Shown here: positions 45,915-57,378 of the stretch, one piece after another
Layout: each line of letters begins with the position of its first letter
Position numbering within the stretch: position 1 is the first letter of the stretch
Source of the DNA: a cyanobacterium endosymbiont of Rhopalodia gibba
Lineage (GTDB): Bacteria > Cyanobacteriota > Cyanobacteriia > Cyanobacteriales > Microcystaceae
Length of the DNA stretch: 64,000 bases
Reading direction: 5' to 3'
NCBI GenBank assembly: GCA_045159875.1
Contig: CP067995.1
Coordinates: forward strand, 2,880,001 to 2,944,000
Position numbers and translations under genes: made by a program
Notes under the pieces: generated by a model
Told to the model about the DNA's origin: nothing
What the model saw: the letters and a program-made list of their open reading frames with translations, nothing else
Database searches by the model: none

Positions 45915-47000
45915 AGTCAAACGCGAGTTTAAACAACTTAGTAGTTGACAATTGGCAAATTTTATAAATTCAGAAGCTCTCCACTAAATTAACTTAAATT
46001 TATTGTCAATTCCCTCGACTGTTCTTTTAATTGTTCCCTGGTCGAAATGGGCAGTGATCTTCCAAATTTAATGCCTAATTACCACACATTTTTTGTGATA
46101 GAATGAATAAGTTTTCTGTGCCAACTTATTTAAGTTTAATAATCATATTACTCAGTTTTAGTTCTATTTTTTTCAGAAATATTCAAAAGTTTTCTCTTAA
46201 TTAGAGTATTTTTTTTGAAAGTAATAGTGATGTTATTACACACCTGATTTAGTTCGACTTTTTATTGTTTACTTAAATTTTTCATGTAGCTCTGACAGAA
46301 CTTTTTCTTTTTAACTAGTATTTAAAAGTTGTTTGGTTTCTTATTTGTGTTTCAGCATCCAAGTTTTTTATTTGTAATCATCAAACTAAATCTTTTATAT
46401 ATATTTCTATTGATTATTCACTTAACCTAATTTTTTGTTGTATACTTAATATTTTTATTTAAAATTTATTTTGTAATTTTTATATTAAACATTTTAGGAC
46501 ATATTCTCTTATTTTTAAGTCAGCTTTACTCTCCTATAAATTTATTCTTGTATTTAAGAACTCATCATTTAATAAAGCCGTTTTTTTAAAAACAAACGGC
46601 TTTATTAAAAATAAAAATAGTTTATTTATTATAATGATGAAGTTTTTTAGTGGTTGGACTAGAATAAATACAAGTTATTGTTTAGTCTATTTTTTGGACA
46701 AATAAAACTATTACTTTTTATTTAAAACAAGGTAATGGAAATATTAAGTTCTTCTAAATTGAGAATTATATTTATTAAAATGTTCAGTCTAGTCAAATTT
46801 AATTTGAACATAAAGTCTGCTATAGTAACAACTATATCATTAGAAAATTTAATAAACTCTTTATCAAAAATTAAACTTTGTCCTTAAAATTTAAAACTAA
46901 ATAAGAAGGTTGAATAAATTATTTTTTAGTGACTTTTGAAAGACTTATTTATAAAAGTTAAAGAACTGTAAATTTACACTGCATATTGACTATCATGTCT
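45915..47000 (-). mobile_element. Second degraded ISL3-family transposase
   Basis: C-terminal KITAHFDQGTIKRTVEGIDNKFKLI*WRASEF (cf. EGINNKLKLIKRRAYGF); upstream boundary uncertain. Confidence 0.7.
46568..46609. repeat. Inverted repeat, 16-bp arms, 10-nt loop
   Basis: tttaataaagccgttt-ttttaaaaac-aaacggctttattaaa. Confidence 0.88.
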
Positions 47001-47242
47001 TCATAAATAGGATAATTATCTTTGATAAAAAGATAAAAAATATAACTTTTAAAATAAAGAGTTCTTATTAATACGACTTTATTTGAACCAGTTTAAGTAA
47101 AAACTAAATTAGTTAAATACTTAGGGTCTATCGAGTGATTTTAATTAAGAGTTGTAGGTAGCTAAAAAACTTAAATCTAATCTAGCTAATCGGATTTAAT
47201 AAAATTAAATCTAGTTTTAGTTTTTGAAATCTATTCATTTTG

Positions 47243-48320
47243 ATGAATGTAAGCTTTTTACTTAGTTTCTATGAACAAGGAGTTCGAAAATTTAATACTT
47301 TTGTTTTCAAAAGCAAAAATTTATTAAGGGCAATACGTATCTAGGTTAATTTAACCGAGACTATTTTAATAGGAACTAATTTGAGCTGAGGTTTTTTGAC
47401 TAAATTAATACTTAATTAAATTAACACTTAATAATCGAAGCTTAGATCGAGCTGATCTGACCCTATGTAAAAATAAGTAAAGTTCGGTTACATAACAGTG
47501 ACCTAATTAAAGGTAATCTAATAAAAACTTTTTTTGTTGAAACCAGCCTTATTTAAGCAAAACTTAGTGGGGAACTTAATATTATGCTAGTCTTTGAGTG
47601 GCTTCTCTTGAGAGAGTTAATTTCCGTCAATTCAATCTCAGTGGTGTTAATCTTACTTGAGCGAGTCTAGGAAGAGGTTGTTTGAGCTGTGCTATTTTTA
47701 ATAGGGTATTTTTTCTTTACACTAATTTTGAACGTACTTTTTTAAAAAAAATTAATTAAAGTGGAAAAAATTGAAAAGGGGTTCACCTTAGTAAGGCGGG
47801 ATTAGTGGATAGTAATTTTGAAAAATTTAACTTATTCGGGGCTAAATTTAAAAAGACAGACTTAAATGGGGCAGACTTAAGCAGAAATAGAACTTTAACC
47901 TCATATAGGTTGACATAGTCCTTTCTGAAAATTGATAAGATTCAGAACAACACTCTTGAAGTTTTAGCCTTAGTCGATTTTAGACCCTAAAACAGTGGCA
48001 ATTGTTCAAATTAATAAATCCATAGCCTACCCTAAAATTAGTGAGGACAGAACTTTCCATAAAAACGTCAACCTCAAAAAACTAGATCTCACCGCGGTTT
48101 AACTACATAAAATTTCCAAGCTCACAAGGGTAAGAGAGAACGACTCACTGCCTAGTTTAAAGTTCGTATATTCGACTAATAGGGGAAAATAGCTATCGAC
48201 TATACATAACAAATGTACTTTTTCAAGAAATTCCAAACAACTATTTTCGTTAAAACCGATGACATATAAAGAGACTAATCCGGCCGGAGTGTAGGTAATC
48301 GCAACATAATTTTTTATCCT
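47243..48320 (+). pseudogene. Pentapeptide-repeat protein pseudogene
   Basis: MNVSFLLSFYEQGVRKF start; VNLTETILIGTNLS*, FNLSGVNLT*ASL, AKFKKTDLNGADLSR repeats with stops. Confidence 0.8.
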
Positions 48321-48587
48321 AAATTCCTCCTATCGTACTGTGCATCCCCAGACTAAGATATAAATCTTACTTCTATGCCTAATTAGAACAACTGACTTAT
48401 TCTCTAAAGTAGAATTATTAGGAACTCTAGTTCCCCTCCCTTATGCTGACATAATAATGATTCCCTCAGTTAAAGTAAAGCGACTATGGTTTTTAAAATC
48501 GTCTGTTTTGTTAGGTTTTCTTGAAGCCATAACTTAAAAAATTAAAGAAAATTTCATAGAGGTTGGAGCAAAGTAACAAGCTAAGGC

Positions 48588-48633
48588 AATATCCGTTCCC
48601 ATCTCTTTTTAAAAAGAGATGGGAACGGATATT
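48588..48633. repeat. Perfect 46-bp palindrome
   Basis: aatatccgttcccatctcttttt|aaaaagagatgggaacggatatt. Confidence 0.97.
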
Positions 48634-48975
48634 TAGAAGAAGTTAGAGCAGGTAGAAAGCAGCATGGTAGATGTTTTAATGATTTTAGAAACCGCCAAAA
48701 AATAAGTTGGGTTCAACTCCCGATGTTTTGTCAGTATTGTATGGACAAGCAGGTAAAGATGTCCGTCATACAAATCGCAAAAACATCAACAGTTAATATT
48801 AAGCCGATTTTCCAATTTAGGAGGTGATTATCTGGGGAAATATAAAGAGACGAGTGAAAAGCAATCTTAACTAAAGGTAAGTTTTGAGTTTGTGAGATTT
48901 TTATGAGACAATGATTTAGTCTGTTACCCAATAAAGTTTGTTAACAGCTTACTGTTGATATCTGACGGAAAGCCA

Positions 48976-49338
48976 ATGAGCACTCAATTACCTCCTCTCA
49001 ACACCGATACTATATGGGCAATTCTTAATGAGGAAATCGATGACGAAACCGTCAACCAGTTAGTTTGGTACTATCTGGGCTATCGTTATGATCAATCTCG
49101 TCAGATTTGGGATAATACTCAAGTTGCTGAAGACTGGCGAGAAGATTACCCAGACCCCCCAGATTTTGTTGAAAATCGACCTCCTATTGTTAAGCTGACT
49201 CGTTCTATTCCTAAAGAAAATAAGCAATTACTTAAAGAAAAATTAGGATTTAAAGGTTATAAAATTGGCGAATTTGGACCGAAACAAACCCGCCGTGCTA
49301 CTATGGCAAACTGGTTGTTGAGTTATTCAACGAGTTAA
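48976..49338 (+). CDS. DUF1823-like protein
   Basis: VNQLVWYYLGYRYD..RPPIVKLTRSIPKENKQLLKEKLGFKGY..TRRATMANWLL; ATG at 48976. Confidence 0.8.
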   Translation: MSTQLPPLNTDTIWAILNEEIDDETVNQLVWYYLGYRYDQSRQIWDNTQVAEDWREDYPDPPDFVENRPPIVKLTRSIPKENKQLLKEKLGFKGYKIGEFGPKQTRRATMANWLLSYSTS

Positions 49339-49392
49339 ACCTGTAGTGAACAGTTGTTAAAATAACTTTTTATATATTATGTTTACTATTTT

Positions 49393-50337
49393 CTAAGGAA
49401 CTTGCCAAATTTTTTCATGATACTGCATCACATCATCATAGGAATTTTGAGGGTGATGATGGTGGTCATGGGAATGGTTGTGTGCGACAGGAGTGAGTCG
49501 GAATTTACACATCTCACAATTCATTTGAGTCTGTCCCAGTTGACTTTCAATTTCCCGTTCACGAATTATAAGAAATAATTCCGGAGCCAATCCAATTTCA
49601 GGAAAATTAAGGATCTCAATATCGGGATATTGTTCTTGTTGTTGGGCACAAATATAAAAAATTTTCTTAACCAATGCCCCCGTAAACAGAAAATGAGGAA
49701 GTACGATAATGCGTTTAGGATGATAGAGTCTTGCTCGTTCAAACCCTTGTTCTAGACGGGGATGAGTAATCCCAATAAAACAAGTTTCAACTGAGCGGTA
49801 GTGACTTCCTTCCCATAATAAACGGGAAAATTTATACATATCACTATTAGCATCAGGATCACTCGAACCTCTACCAACAATAAGTAATACGGTGTCTTCG
49901 GGGGCAATAGTCTTTCTATCAAGTTTAGCTAAGCGTGATCGCCATATATCTAACAGCAGGGGAGTATTACCAAAATGTCGGCCATAGTGAAACCTTAAAA
50001 AGGGGTAACGTTCTTTAGCTTGATCTAAAGCATTAGTGACATCAAATTTTGTATGACGAGCAGCGAACAATAAAAAAGGGAGAGCCGTCATCTCTCTAAA
50101 TCCCTCAGTTACACAGCGATCAATCCCGTCTTGAATTAACGGTTCTGTCAACTCCAAAAAACAGGGAATGACAGGGCGTGAGGTATCTAATCTTTGATAA
50201 GTGTCTACAAAATTAAGAAACGTTTGTTTTCCATCTATATCTCTAGTTCCATGGCCGATAATCAGTAAAGGACGTTGAAAGGGCAAACGGGGAAACTTGT
50301 CCAATATTTCTGGAAATGTCAAAGATTGAGCAGTCAT
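49393..50337 (-). CDS. cbiX: Sirohydrochlorin cobaltochelatase (long form)
   Basis: [41 protein letters not shown] Fe-S motif, His-rich tail. Confidence 0.92.
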   Translation of the reverse strand: MTAQSLTFPEILDKFPRLPFQRPLLIIGHGTRDIDGKQTFLNFVDTYQRLDTSRPVIPCFLELTEPLIQDGIDRCVTEGFREMTALPFLLFAARHTKFDVTNALDQAKERYPFLRFHYGRHFGNTPLLLDIWRSRLAKLDRKTIAPEDTVLLIVGRGSSDPDANSDMYKFSRLLWEGSHYRSVETCFIGITHPRLEQGFERARLYHPKRIIVLPHFLFTGALVKKIFYICAQQQEQYPDIEILNFPEIGLAPELFLIIREREIESQLGQTQMNCEMCKFRLTPVAHNHSHDHHHHPQNSYDDVMQYHEKIWQVP

Positions 50338-50342
50338 CCATA

Positions 50343-50490
50343 CCTCGCAGATGAATCCAAATGGTTATAATGAAATGGTAGACGTTATGACCCAGATATG
50401 AAGTTTTATCTCATTACAGTTGCGGTACAGTAGCAAACTCATACTAAGTTTTCTCGATTACTTCTGATGACTGTTCATTATCATAACCAT
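50343..50490 (-). promoter_or_regulatory. Degenerate cobalamin riboswitch upstream of cbiX
   Basis: Minus strand has ctgtaccgcaactgtaa (50430-50414), gggtcataacgtctacc, and tctgcgagg just before the ATG; 5' stems diverged. Confidence 0.7.
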
Positions 50491-50951
50491 TTTCCTTTAA
50501 TCCTATCAAAGGTTGCCGATTTTTGCCCCCTTTGCTTGACCAATAATTAAGAGTCTAGTCATCTTAATGATGAAGGCATTTTGAGAATTAGAGTTGTGGA
50601 ATTGGATAAGAAAATACTTGTGTCGTTAGTCACGATTAAAACTATTAATGAAATTTCTCCCTTTTTTCTTGTTTAGTTAGAAATGTTTAATACTTGGGTT
50701 AAGTTTAAGACAAAATGTTCCTAAAAATTACACATTGGCAGTTAAACCTCAATATAAGCTGCCTAAAAACATAAAGCTATCACTAGAAATAAAGAGCATA
50801 AAATTAATGAAATAGAAGAAATTTTCAAAATTGGAGATAGCTATTAAAACTTCCACGGAGAAATCAATAGTTAAGTCTCATTTATTTCTCTTGACTTAGC
50901 ATTTATTCATTAAATTTTAATATTCAAACTTTAATGATTTATATAAGATGT

Positions 50952-50990
50952 CATCACGAGATAAATTGTTAAATAATTTATCTCGTGATG
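50952..50990. repeat. Inverted repeat, 16-bp arms, 7-nt loop
   Basis: catcacgagataaatt-gttaaat-aatttatctcgtgatg. Confidence 0.9.
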
Positions 50991-52021
50991 GCGCAAACTG
51001 TTTCTGGCTAAGAGAAATTTCTAAGCCTATTGATTTATTTAATAAAGTTAAATGAGATATTAACCTTATAGGTGAAATCTTAAGGATTGATAATACAGGT
51101 TGATAAAAAAACTTACAACAATGCAGACTTAAGTAGATTTATCTACTATTTGGGTTAGGCAATGAACATAGAACCATCAAAATAATTAACTTTATTACTT
51201 TATTCCACTCTAAACCTTCGGTAATCTCAGGGTTTCTTGATTATAGATTTTATAAAAAAGAAGATAATTTCTCTAAAAAACTATTTTTGACTGATGTTGT
51301 ATTAGATTGGGGTATCGGTCAAACTCATATGACATGAGATAGTTAGTCTTCTTAGAAAAAAAAGCTTAAATTTTTGAGAAAAATTGAAAATAACTTATCG
51401 GGTCATTGAATATTACGACCTGCTTCTAAACTAATTCAGTCTAATTAATAAATTAATAGTGAGACAACTCAAGAATATAAGGTTAGTTAATAATTGGTAT
51501 TCAATACAAAAAAAATTATTTTTTTAAGCTAATTTCAACTCTATTCTAGAATAGTTAAATTAAAATCAAGTTTTCCAGAAACTGAGAAAGCTACTTTAAG
51601 CAATTGTTTAAATAAACGAGTAAAATTATAATTTATTTTAATTAATTTTTTCTTCAACCTGTGATCAAGAGCATAATCTTTTAAAATTTAATTTATGAAT
51701 TAATGTGATAACAGGGGTCGCACAAAAGTAGACTAATATCTTAACTACTAACACTGATTGATGAACTGTTACTTACGCAAATGATAACCTCCATGATTAC
51801 TGGATTAATGGCATGGGCAATAATACTCTATTTGATTTTCAAGGCTCAAGAAGATTCAATTCATATTAATAAGCATATTTTAAGCTCAGCTTAGTACAAT
51901 TAGAGCCTACAAATATTAAGTTTTACAGTCTAAATTTAAGTGTTAATACTGGGATATTTTACTCAATTAATGAGATGGCTTAACCCCAAAATAGCATTAG
52001 GAAAATGATGTTTACTTTACT

Positions 52022-52831
52022 TTACTTTAGATTTAAAAATTTATCTAAAGCTGTTATCATGTGCGGCGGCCAACGACGAACTTTTATTACCCAATCTAAG
52101 TCTTGATAACGATTATCCATTCCTACTGTTGCTACCCAATTACTCTCCGCTTCCCCTTGTTTTCCTAACTCCCATAAAATAGCTGTCAATGCTGCTCGCG
52201 TATCGGGAAACATAGGATACTTTCGTATAATATTTTTCATTTGATTCAAGGCTTCTTTCGTGTTTCCCAATTGATACAATGCTAAAGCAATATTAGTTTT
52301 AGCAAAGGTAAAGTCAGGATCAATGTTTACAGCCGTCTGGTAGTCTTTTAATGCTTGTTCCCAGTTGTCTAAGCCTCCTTGGGCATTCCCTCGATTATTG
52401 TAAGCCATAGCATTATTGGGAGCAATTTCTAGTACTCGATTATAGTTTATAATTGCCTCTTGATATTTTTCTTGTCTTTCTAGGGCTGTTCCTCGATTAA
52501 GATAAAGAGCAGGCTCATTAGGAGCCAATTCAACAGCCTTATTAAAGTCTGCAATCGCTTTGTCCAATTTATTCTGCCTAACACGAGTATTTCCCCTATT
52601 ACTCCATACTGCTGAATTTCTAGGAAATTTTTCAATTAATTGAGTCCAATAGGCTTCTGCTTGGAGAAAATCTTCTTTTTGCGTTGCTTCAAAAGCTTTT
52701 TTAGCGATTCCCTCCCCCCATTCTAATTGCTCTTGAGTAATGAGAATGGGGGTTTCTTGGGCTAAAATTCTGGGAACACTCCCAAACCACAGTAAGAGAA
52801 TCCCTAATAGACTTAATATTGTGCGGATCAT
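52022..52831 (-). CDS. Exported TPR-repeat protein
   Basis: Signal peptide; repeated xxNRG..AI.DFNKA/NYNRV TPR units. Confidence 0.88.
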   Translation of the reverse strand: MIRTILSLLGILLLWFGSVPRILAQETPILITQEQLEWGEGIAKKAFEATQKEDFLQAEAYWTQLIEKFPRNSAVWSNRGNTRVRQNKLDKAIADFNKAVELAPNEPALYLNRGTALERQEKYQEAIINYNRVLEIAPNNAMAYNNRGNAQGGLDNWEQALKDYQTAVNIDPDFTFAKTNIALALYQLGNTKEALNQMKNIIRKYPMFPDTRAALTAILWELGKQGEAESNWVATVGMDNRYQDLDWVIKVRRWPPHMITALDKFLNLK

Positions 52832-52862
52832 TGGAGATTAATATTGATAGTGTTTTTACCTA

Positions 52863-53399
52863 TTATGACTTCTGTTCCATTTTTTTTAAATAGTCTTCAT
52901 AACCTAGCTGTTTGAGTTCTTCTTGCTTATTAATAACCATTTGTGTCAAATTTTGTCGATGTTCCTGGATTTTTTTGAACAGTTTAGAATCATAAGACGC
53001 TAGAATTTGAACTGCCAGTAGTCCAGCATTTTCAGCGTTTCCAATGGCAACAGTGGCAACGGGAATGCCTCTAGGCATTTGCACTATGGAATAAAGAGAA
53101 TCTACTCCCTGTAAATGATGAGTCGCTATGGGAACGCCAATGACAGGGAGGGGAGTTAAAGAGGCTACCATCCCTGGTAAGTGGGCTGCTCCTCCTGCCC
53201 CTGCAATAATCACTTTTATTCCCTGTTTATGCGCAGTTTGGGCATAGTCTACCATAACTTTTGGTGTACGATGAGCGGACACGATCCTAACTTCACAAGA
53301 AACGGCAAAGTCTTGACAAACGATAATCGCACTTTTCATGGTTGGTAAATCGGAATCACTTCCCATAATTATGCCTACACGTGAAGAAGAGTCGGTCAT
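52863..53399 (-). CDS. purE: N5-CAIR mutase
   Basis: [41 protein letters not shown]. Confidence 0.97.
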   Translation of the reverse strand: MTDSSSRVGIIMGSDSDLPTMKSAIIVCQDFAVSCEVRIVSAHRTPKVMVDYAQTAHKQGIKVIIAGAGGAAHLPGMVASLTPLPVIGVPIATHHLQGVDSLYSIVQMPRGIPVATVAIGNAENAGLLAVQILASYDSKLFKKIQEHRQNLTQMVINKQEELKQLGYEDYLKKMEQKS

Positions 53400-53568
53400 G
53401 ATAGTTGATCAGGTATAATTCGACAGAGTTATTCTAACAATGAAAAGCTATCTAAATATGGCATCTCTGTAATAATGTACCCATTGATTAAGCTAAGTTT
53501 TTGGGTGAACTTGCGATTCTAGGCAATTTATAGAATTTCATTTAAAAAAAGTAATTTGCACTAAAACA

Positions 53569-54738
53569 ATGCTAAAAAACATTAGAATCATTAATTCTAA
53601 AATACCTGGCTATCAAGAAAGTCAACAAGTTTCTATTAATTCTCAAGGTATTATTGAAAATATATCATCAATGAAAACAGAGTTGAAATATATCCAAAAT
53701 GAGAAAATTTTGGATTTAAAAGAAGATCATCTATCATTAGGAGGCATAGACTTACAAATTAATGGAGGGCTAGGATTATCCTTCCCCGAAATTGAAGAAA
53801 AAGATTTGCCTATGTTACAAAAAATCTGTGATTTTTTATGGAAAGAAGGAATCGATGGATTCTGTCCTACAATTGTCACAACATCAGTTAAAAATATCCA
53901 GAGATCTCTTTCAGTAATTGATAAATTTATAAGCCGACAAGTGATTAAATCTCAAGAGACAGCAAAGGTCTTAGGGGTTCACTTAGAAGGACCCTTTTTA
54001 AACCCCCAAAAAAAAGGAGCACACCCTGAACAATATCTATTAATACCTAGCGTGGAAACTGTAAAACTAATTTTGGGAGATTATGCTCATCGCATCAAAA
54101 TAATGACCTTGGCTCCTGAATTGGACTTAACTGATAAAGTAATTCCTTATTTAAAATGTCAAGGAATTATTGTTAGTTTAGGACATTCTCAAGCTACAGA
54201 CAAAGAAGCAAAAAAAGCTTTCAAATTAGGTGCATCAATGGTAACGCATGCTTACAATGCTATGCCCCCTTTACACCATCGTAATTCAGGATTATTAGGA
54301 GAAGCGATAATCAATAAAAATGTTTATTGTGGATTAATTGCCGATGGTCGACATGTCTGTCCAACTATGATGGAAATCTTACTGAAATCAAGTCATTATG
54401 AGCAAGGAGTTTTTCTAGTTAGTGACGCTCTATCTCCTATTGGTTTAGGAGATGGGATTTATCCTTGGGATGAGCGACAAATTGAAGTTAAACAAGGAAC
54501 TGCAAGTTTAACAGATGGAACATTGTCAGGAACAACTTTACCCTTGTTTTTAGGACTAGGAAACTTAGTGAAATGGGGAATATGTGGGATAGAAACTGCC
54601 ATCTCCCTAGGAACAGAATCTCCTAGAAAAGCTATTAATTTACCTGGAATTTCTATAGGACAGCCAGCTCATTTATTACGCTGGCATTGGGATAAAATAA
54701 GTCGTATTTTAAATTGGGAAAGATTAAACAAAAAATAG
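53569..54738 (+). CDS. nagA: N-acetylglucosamine-6-phosphate deacetylase
   Basis: DLQING, GVHLEGPFLN, TLAPE, SLGHS, THAYNAM, IADGRHV, VSDA. Confidence 0.95.
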   Translation: MLKNIRIINSKIPGYQESQQVSINSQGIIENISSMKTELKYIQNEKILDLKEDHLSLGGIDLQINGGLGLSFPEIEEKDLPMLQKICDFLWKEGIDGFCPTIVTTSVKNIQRSLSVIDKFISRQVIKSQETAKVLGVHLEGPFLNPQKKGAHPEQYLLIPSVETVKLILGDYAHRIKIMTLAPELDLTDKVIPYLKCQGIIVSLGHSQATDKEAKKAFKLGASMVTHAYNAMPPLHHRNSGLLGEAIINKNVYCGLIADGRHVCPTMMEILLKSSHYEQGVFLVSDALSPIGLGDGIYPWDERQIEVKQGTASLTDGTLSGTTLPLFLGLGNLVKWGICGIETAISLGTESPRKAINLPGISIGQPAHLLRWHWDKISRILNWERLNKK

Positions 54739-54810
54739 TTGTTAATAATGAAAGTTTGAAGTCAACAATAAAAGTTTCTCTTTCTTGTTTTTCGGTTTGT
54801 ACATCTTAAA

Positions 54811-55503
54811 CTAAATCCGTCGAAGCAAACTCAAACCATGAGTATCAGTTCCACAGGTTTTGAATAACCCATGGATTTTACTTAAAGCTAATACTTGTTC
54901 CGTTTGTTTTAGACTACTCGTCCAGGGTTTAGGATTGCCATAGGCATAAAAAGCCTCCACCCCATCAATGCCTAAATCAGCACAAGCGTGAATAAGCTCA
55001 TCTGCAGGACGATTGTAACGAACAGGATGGGCTAGGACTGCTAGACCACCAGCTTGATGGAAAGCGTTTATAACCTGATGAGCTGAAGCCCAACGGTTTT
55101 CGGGATGAGTCCCTCGGAGATAAGGCTGCATCAAACTGTGTTGTGGATCAAAACCATAGCCTAAAATATGAACTTCAGTATTAAGTAGATTAGCAGTAAT
55201 CTCAACCCCAGTCCAAAGATGAGGTAAAGGTTTGTGAGGATGGTGTTGGCGAGTTTCGTTAATCCAGTTTTGCGCCACTTGGTAACCATTGATAGAGTGA
55301 TGATCAGTAATTGCCATCCCCCTGAGACCGAGAGCCACTGCTTGTTCGATCAAAACCTGAGGTTTCAATCGTCCATCGGAGTGAACAGTGTGCATGTGGA
55401 AGTTATAGTTATGAGGGCAACTTTCTCGGTGCAGAGTCTGCCAAACCTTTTTAAGAGCCTCGGTATCTTGAGCTGATGGCTGAGTTAACATAAATACAAC
55501 CAT
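54811..55503 (-). CDS. PHP-domain metal-dependent phosphoesterase
   Basis: HMHTVHSDG, AITDHH, GVEI, VHILGY, LAHP, GTDTHG. Confidence 0.9.
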   Translation of the reverse strand: MVVFMLTQPSAQDTEALKKVWQTLHRESCPHNYNFHMHTVHSDGRLKPQVLIEQAVALGLRGMAITDHHSINGYQVAQNWINETRQHHPHKPLPHLWTGVEITANLLNTEVHILGYGFDPQHSLMQPYLRGTHPENRWASAHQVINAFHQAGGLAVLAHPVRYNRPADELIHACADLGIDGVEAFYAYGNPKPWTSSLKQTEQVLALSKIHGLFKTCGTDTHGLSLLRRI

Positions 55504-55681
55504 AGTCGGTGCCTTTACTGTAAAAACATTGCAAATTGTTACATCTAGGATAACAACCCTTTGCTTAAAGAGTTAGGAACTACGTATTTCGTTTATCTAA
55601 ACTGATAATATTCCCGACTCAAGTCTATTTTCTCAATAAAATGTTAAAAATTATTAAGTATATATCACTAGACAGAACACA

Positions 55682-56071
55682 ATGATCCAGTTGGGTCAGG
55701 TTACTCTAGCAACATATGTTGCTAGAGTGATTAGTGCCAATGCTACTGTGATCGTTAGAGAAATTGTAAGTCATTGTTGCATTCCGATGTCACTCATCCT
55801 GGTGGCAATATGTACACTATTCGTCATTATGTTGCTTGTACTCGTAATCTTTACTATTATCTCCGCTACTCCACCTATACGATGTTAGCTGGCGATTTCT
55901 TGATCCTTGATGAGCTGGTTCTCAACGCTTTGAAAAAAACTTACAATTCCTTAAGTATATCCATTGCTAGCACTATTCAAGCAATGAGAGAAGTTACTGC
56001 TGCTTTAATTAGTATCTATGCTGGTGAAGAAATGAGTGTTTTTTTCCTACATTGACGTTAGCTTGGGCTAG
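55682..56071 (+). pseudogene. apcB: Allophycocyanin beta subunit pseudogene
   Basis: [14 protein letters not shown] / [64 protein letters not shown] / SYIDVSLG*; two frameshifts and the 5' end missing. Confidence 0.9.
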
Positions 56072-56615
56072 GGTAACTTAGAATTCACCCTAAACGATTA
56101 GTCACTCGAAAGCCTTTTCCCTAAAAATTCTTTGATCAATTTTGGGAGAATTTTACCTATGCGGATGTTTAAAGTGACAGTCTGCGTTTCCAGATAAATT
56201 GGAGCCGGACTCAACGCTAATTACAGAATACCTAATTTACTAAGTTAGTCCCCCATTATAGTTTAGTTTTGTGAATAACAGTACATTTTTTATTAAAGAC
56301 AAACAGTAGAATTGTTAAGCTAGAATTAGTCACTGATAAGCAAGAGGTTGATAGAAATCTACTGTGATGGTAAATAGTTATTAATTAAAAGCTATTTATT
56401 AACGAGGATTAGCAAGTCGCTTGAAGATTCTAACTTACTAATCTTCGTTGATTTGATTTAAACAAATGGACAGTTTAGTTTATATGTAGACTAACAGTAG
56501 TTTATTAATGAGAAACTTAAGTTAGTTAACTATTGGAAATAATTGGTCAAAACGATTAATACTTGATTCTAGTTACAATATTTTATACGTAACGTAACAC
56601 ATAATTGATTCTCAT

Positions 56616-56659
56616 AATTAGTTGTGCTACTTTTTGCGCAAAAAGTAGCACAACTAATT
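56616..56659. repeat. Perfect 44-bp palindrome
   Basis: aattagttgtgctactttttgc|gcaaaaagtagcacaactaatt. Confidence 0.97.
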
Positions 56660-57267
56660 TACTGGCATATCCTAATTTTACTTAGAAGTGTCATTGTCAA
56701 ATAGTCCATAGTAAAAAACATAAATTTAACTAAAATAGGGTATTTAGTCAACTAAACTGGATTAGTTAAAACTTTAAAACTTATTTTATACATTTAAGAA
56801 TGGTTTTAATTTTTAAAATAGCTCCTATCTTAGACAAAAAGACCACAAGAATAAAAGAAATTTAATTTTTTTAAAAAAATAATTCAAATAATAAATTTTC
56901 CATTCTATTGGTAAAGTTAAATTTGAATAAATCTAGTCCTAAATGTGATTATTTTATGCGGAAAAAAGTAAATTACAGAATGATAATAATCAATCATATA
57001 AACTTTTAGAAAAATCTTGCAATACTGTAAATTTTTCTCCAATCATAGAGTGTCTCAGTACAGAGTACTATGCTAATAATTGTTATTAATAAAATATGTA
57101 TGATAGCATAGTATAAGTATTTTTGATTAAAAATAAACATAATTTTCTTAAATCGGTTTACTTAAATTGTTATTAACAACAAGTTTCTTATAGAAAGCAT
57201 TCACTTTTATTTAAATTTTTTTTAAAAGACTATTGTTAATAACAATTTTAAAAAAAGTTATAATTTT

Positions 57268-57318
57268 TCTCCCGATCTCCCGATCTCTCAATCCCTCACT
57301 ATCCTCTCCGATTTTCCC
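57268..57318 (+). repeat. Degenerate 8-mer tandem array (STRR-like)
   Basis: tctcccga tctcccga tctctcaa tccctcac ... Confidence 0.55.
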
Positions 57319-57378
57319 AAGAGATGACAAGATGAGTTATTTTATGGAAAGTTGGTTGTGAGGTAATCCTTGTTCAAA

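Noticed and set aside
51660..51675. CRP-like site tgtgatcaagagcata
   Set aside because: Two mismatches in the right half-site and no intact downstream gene.
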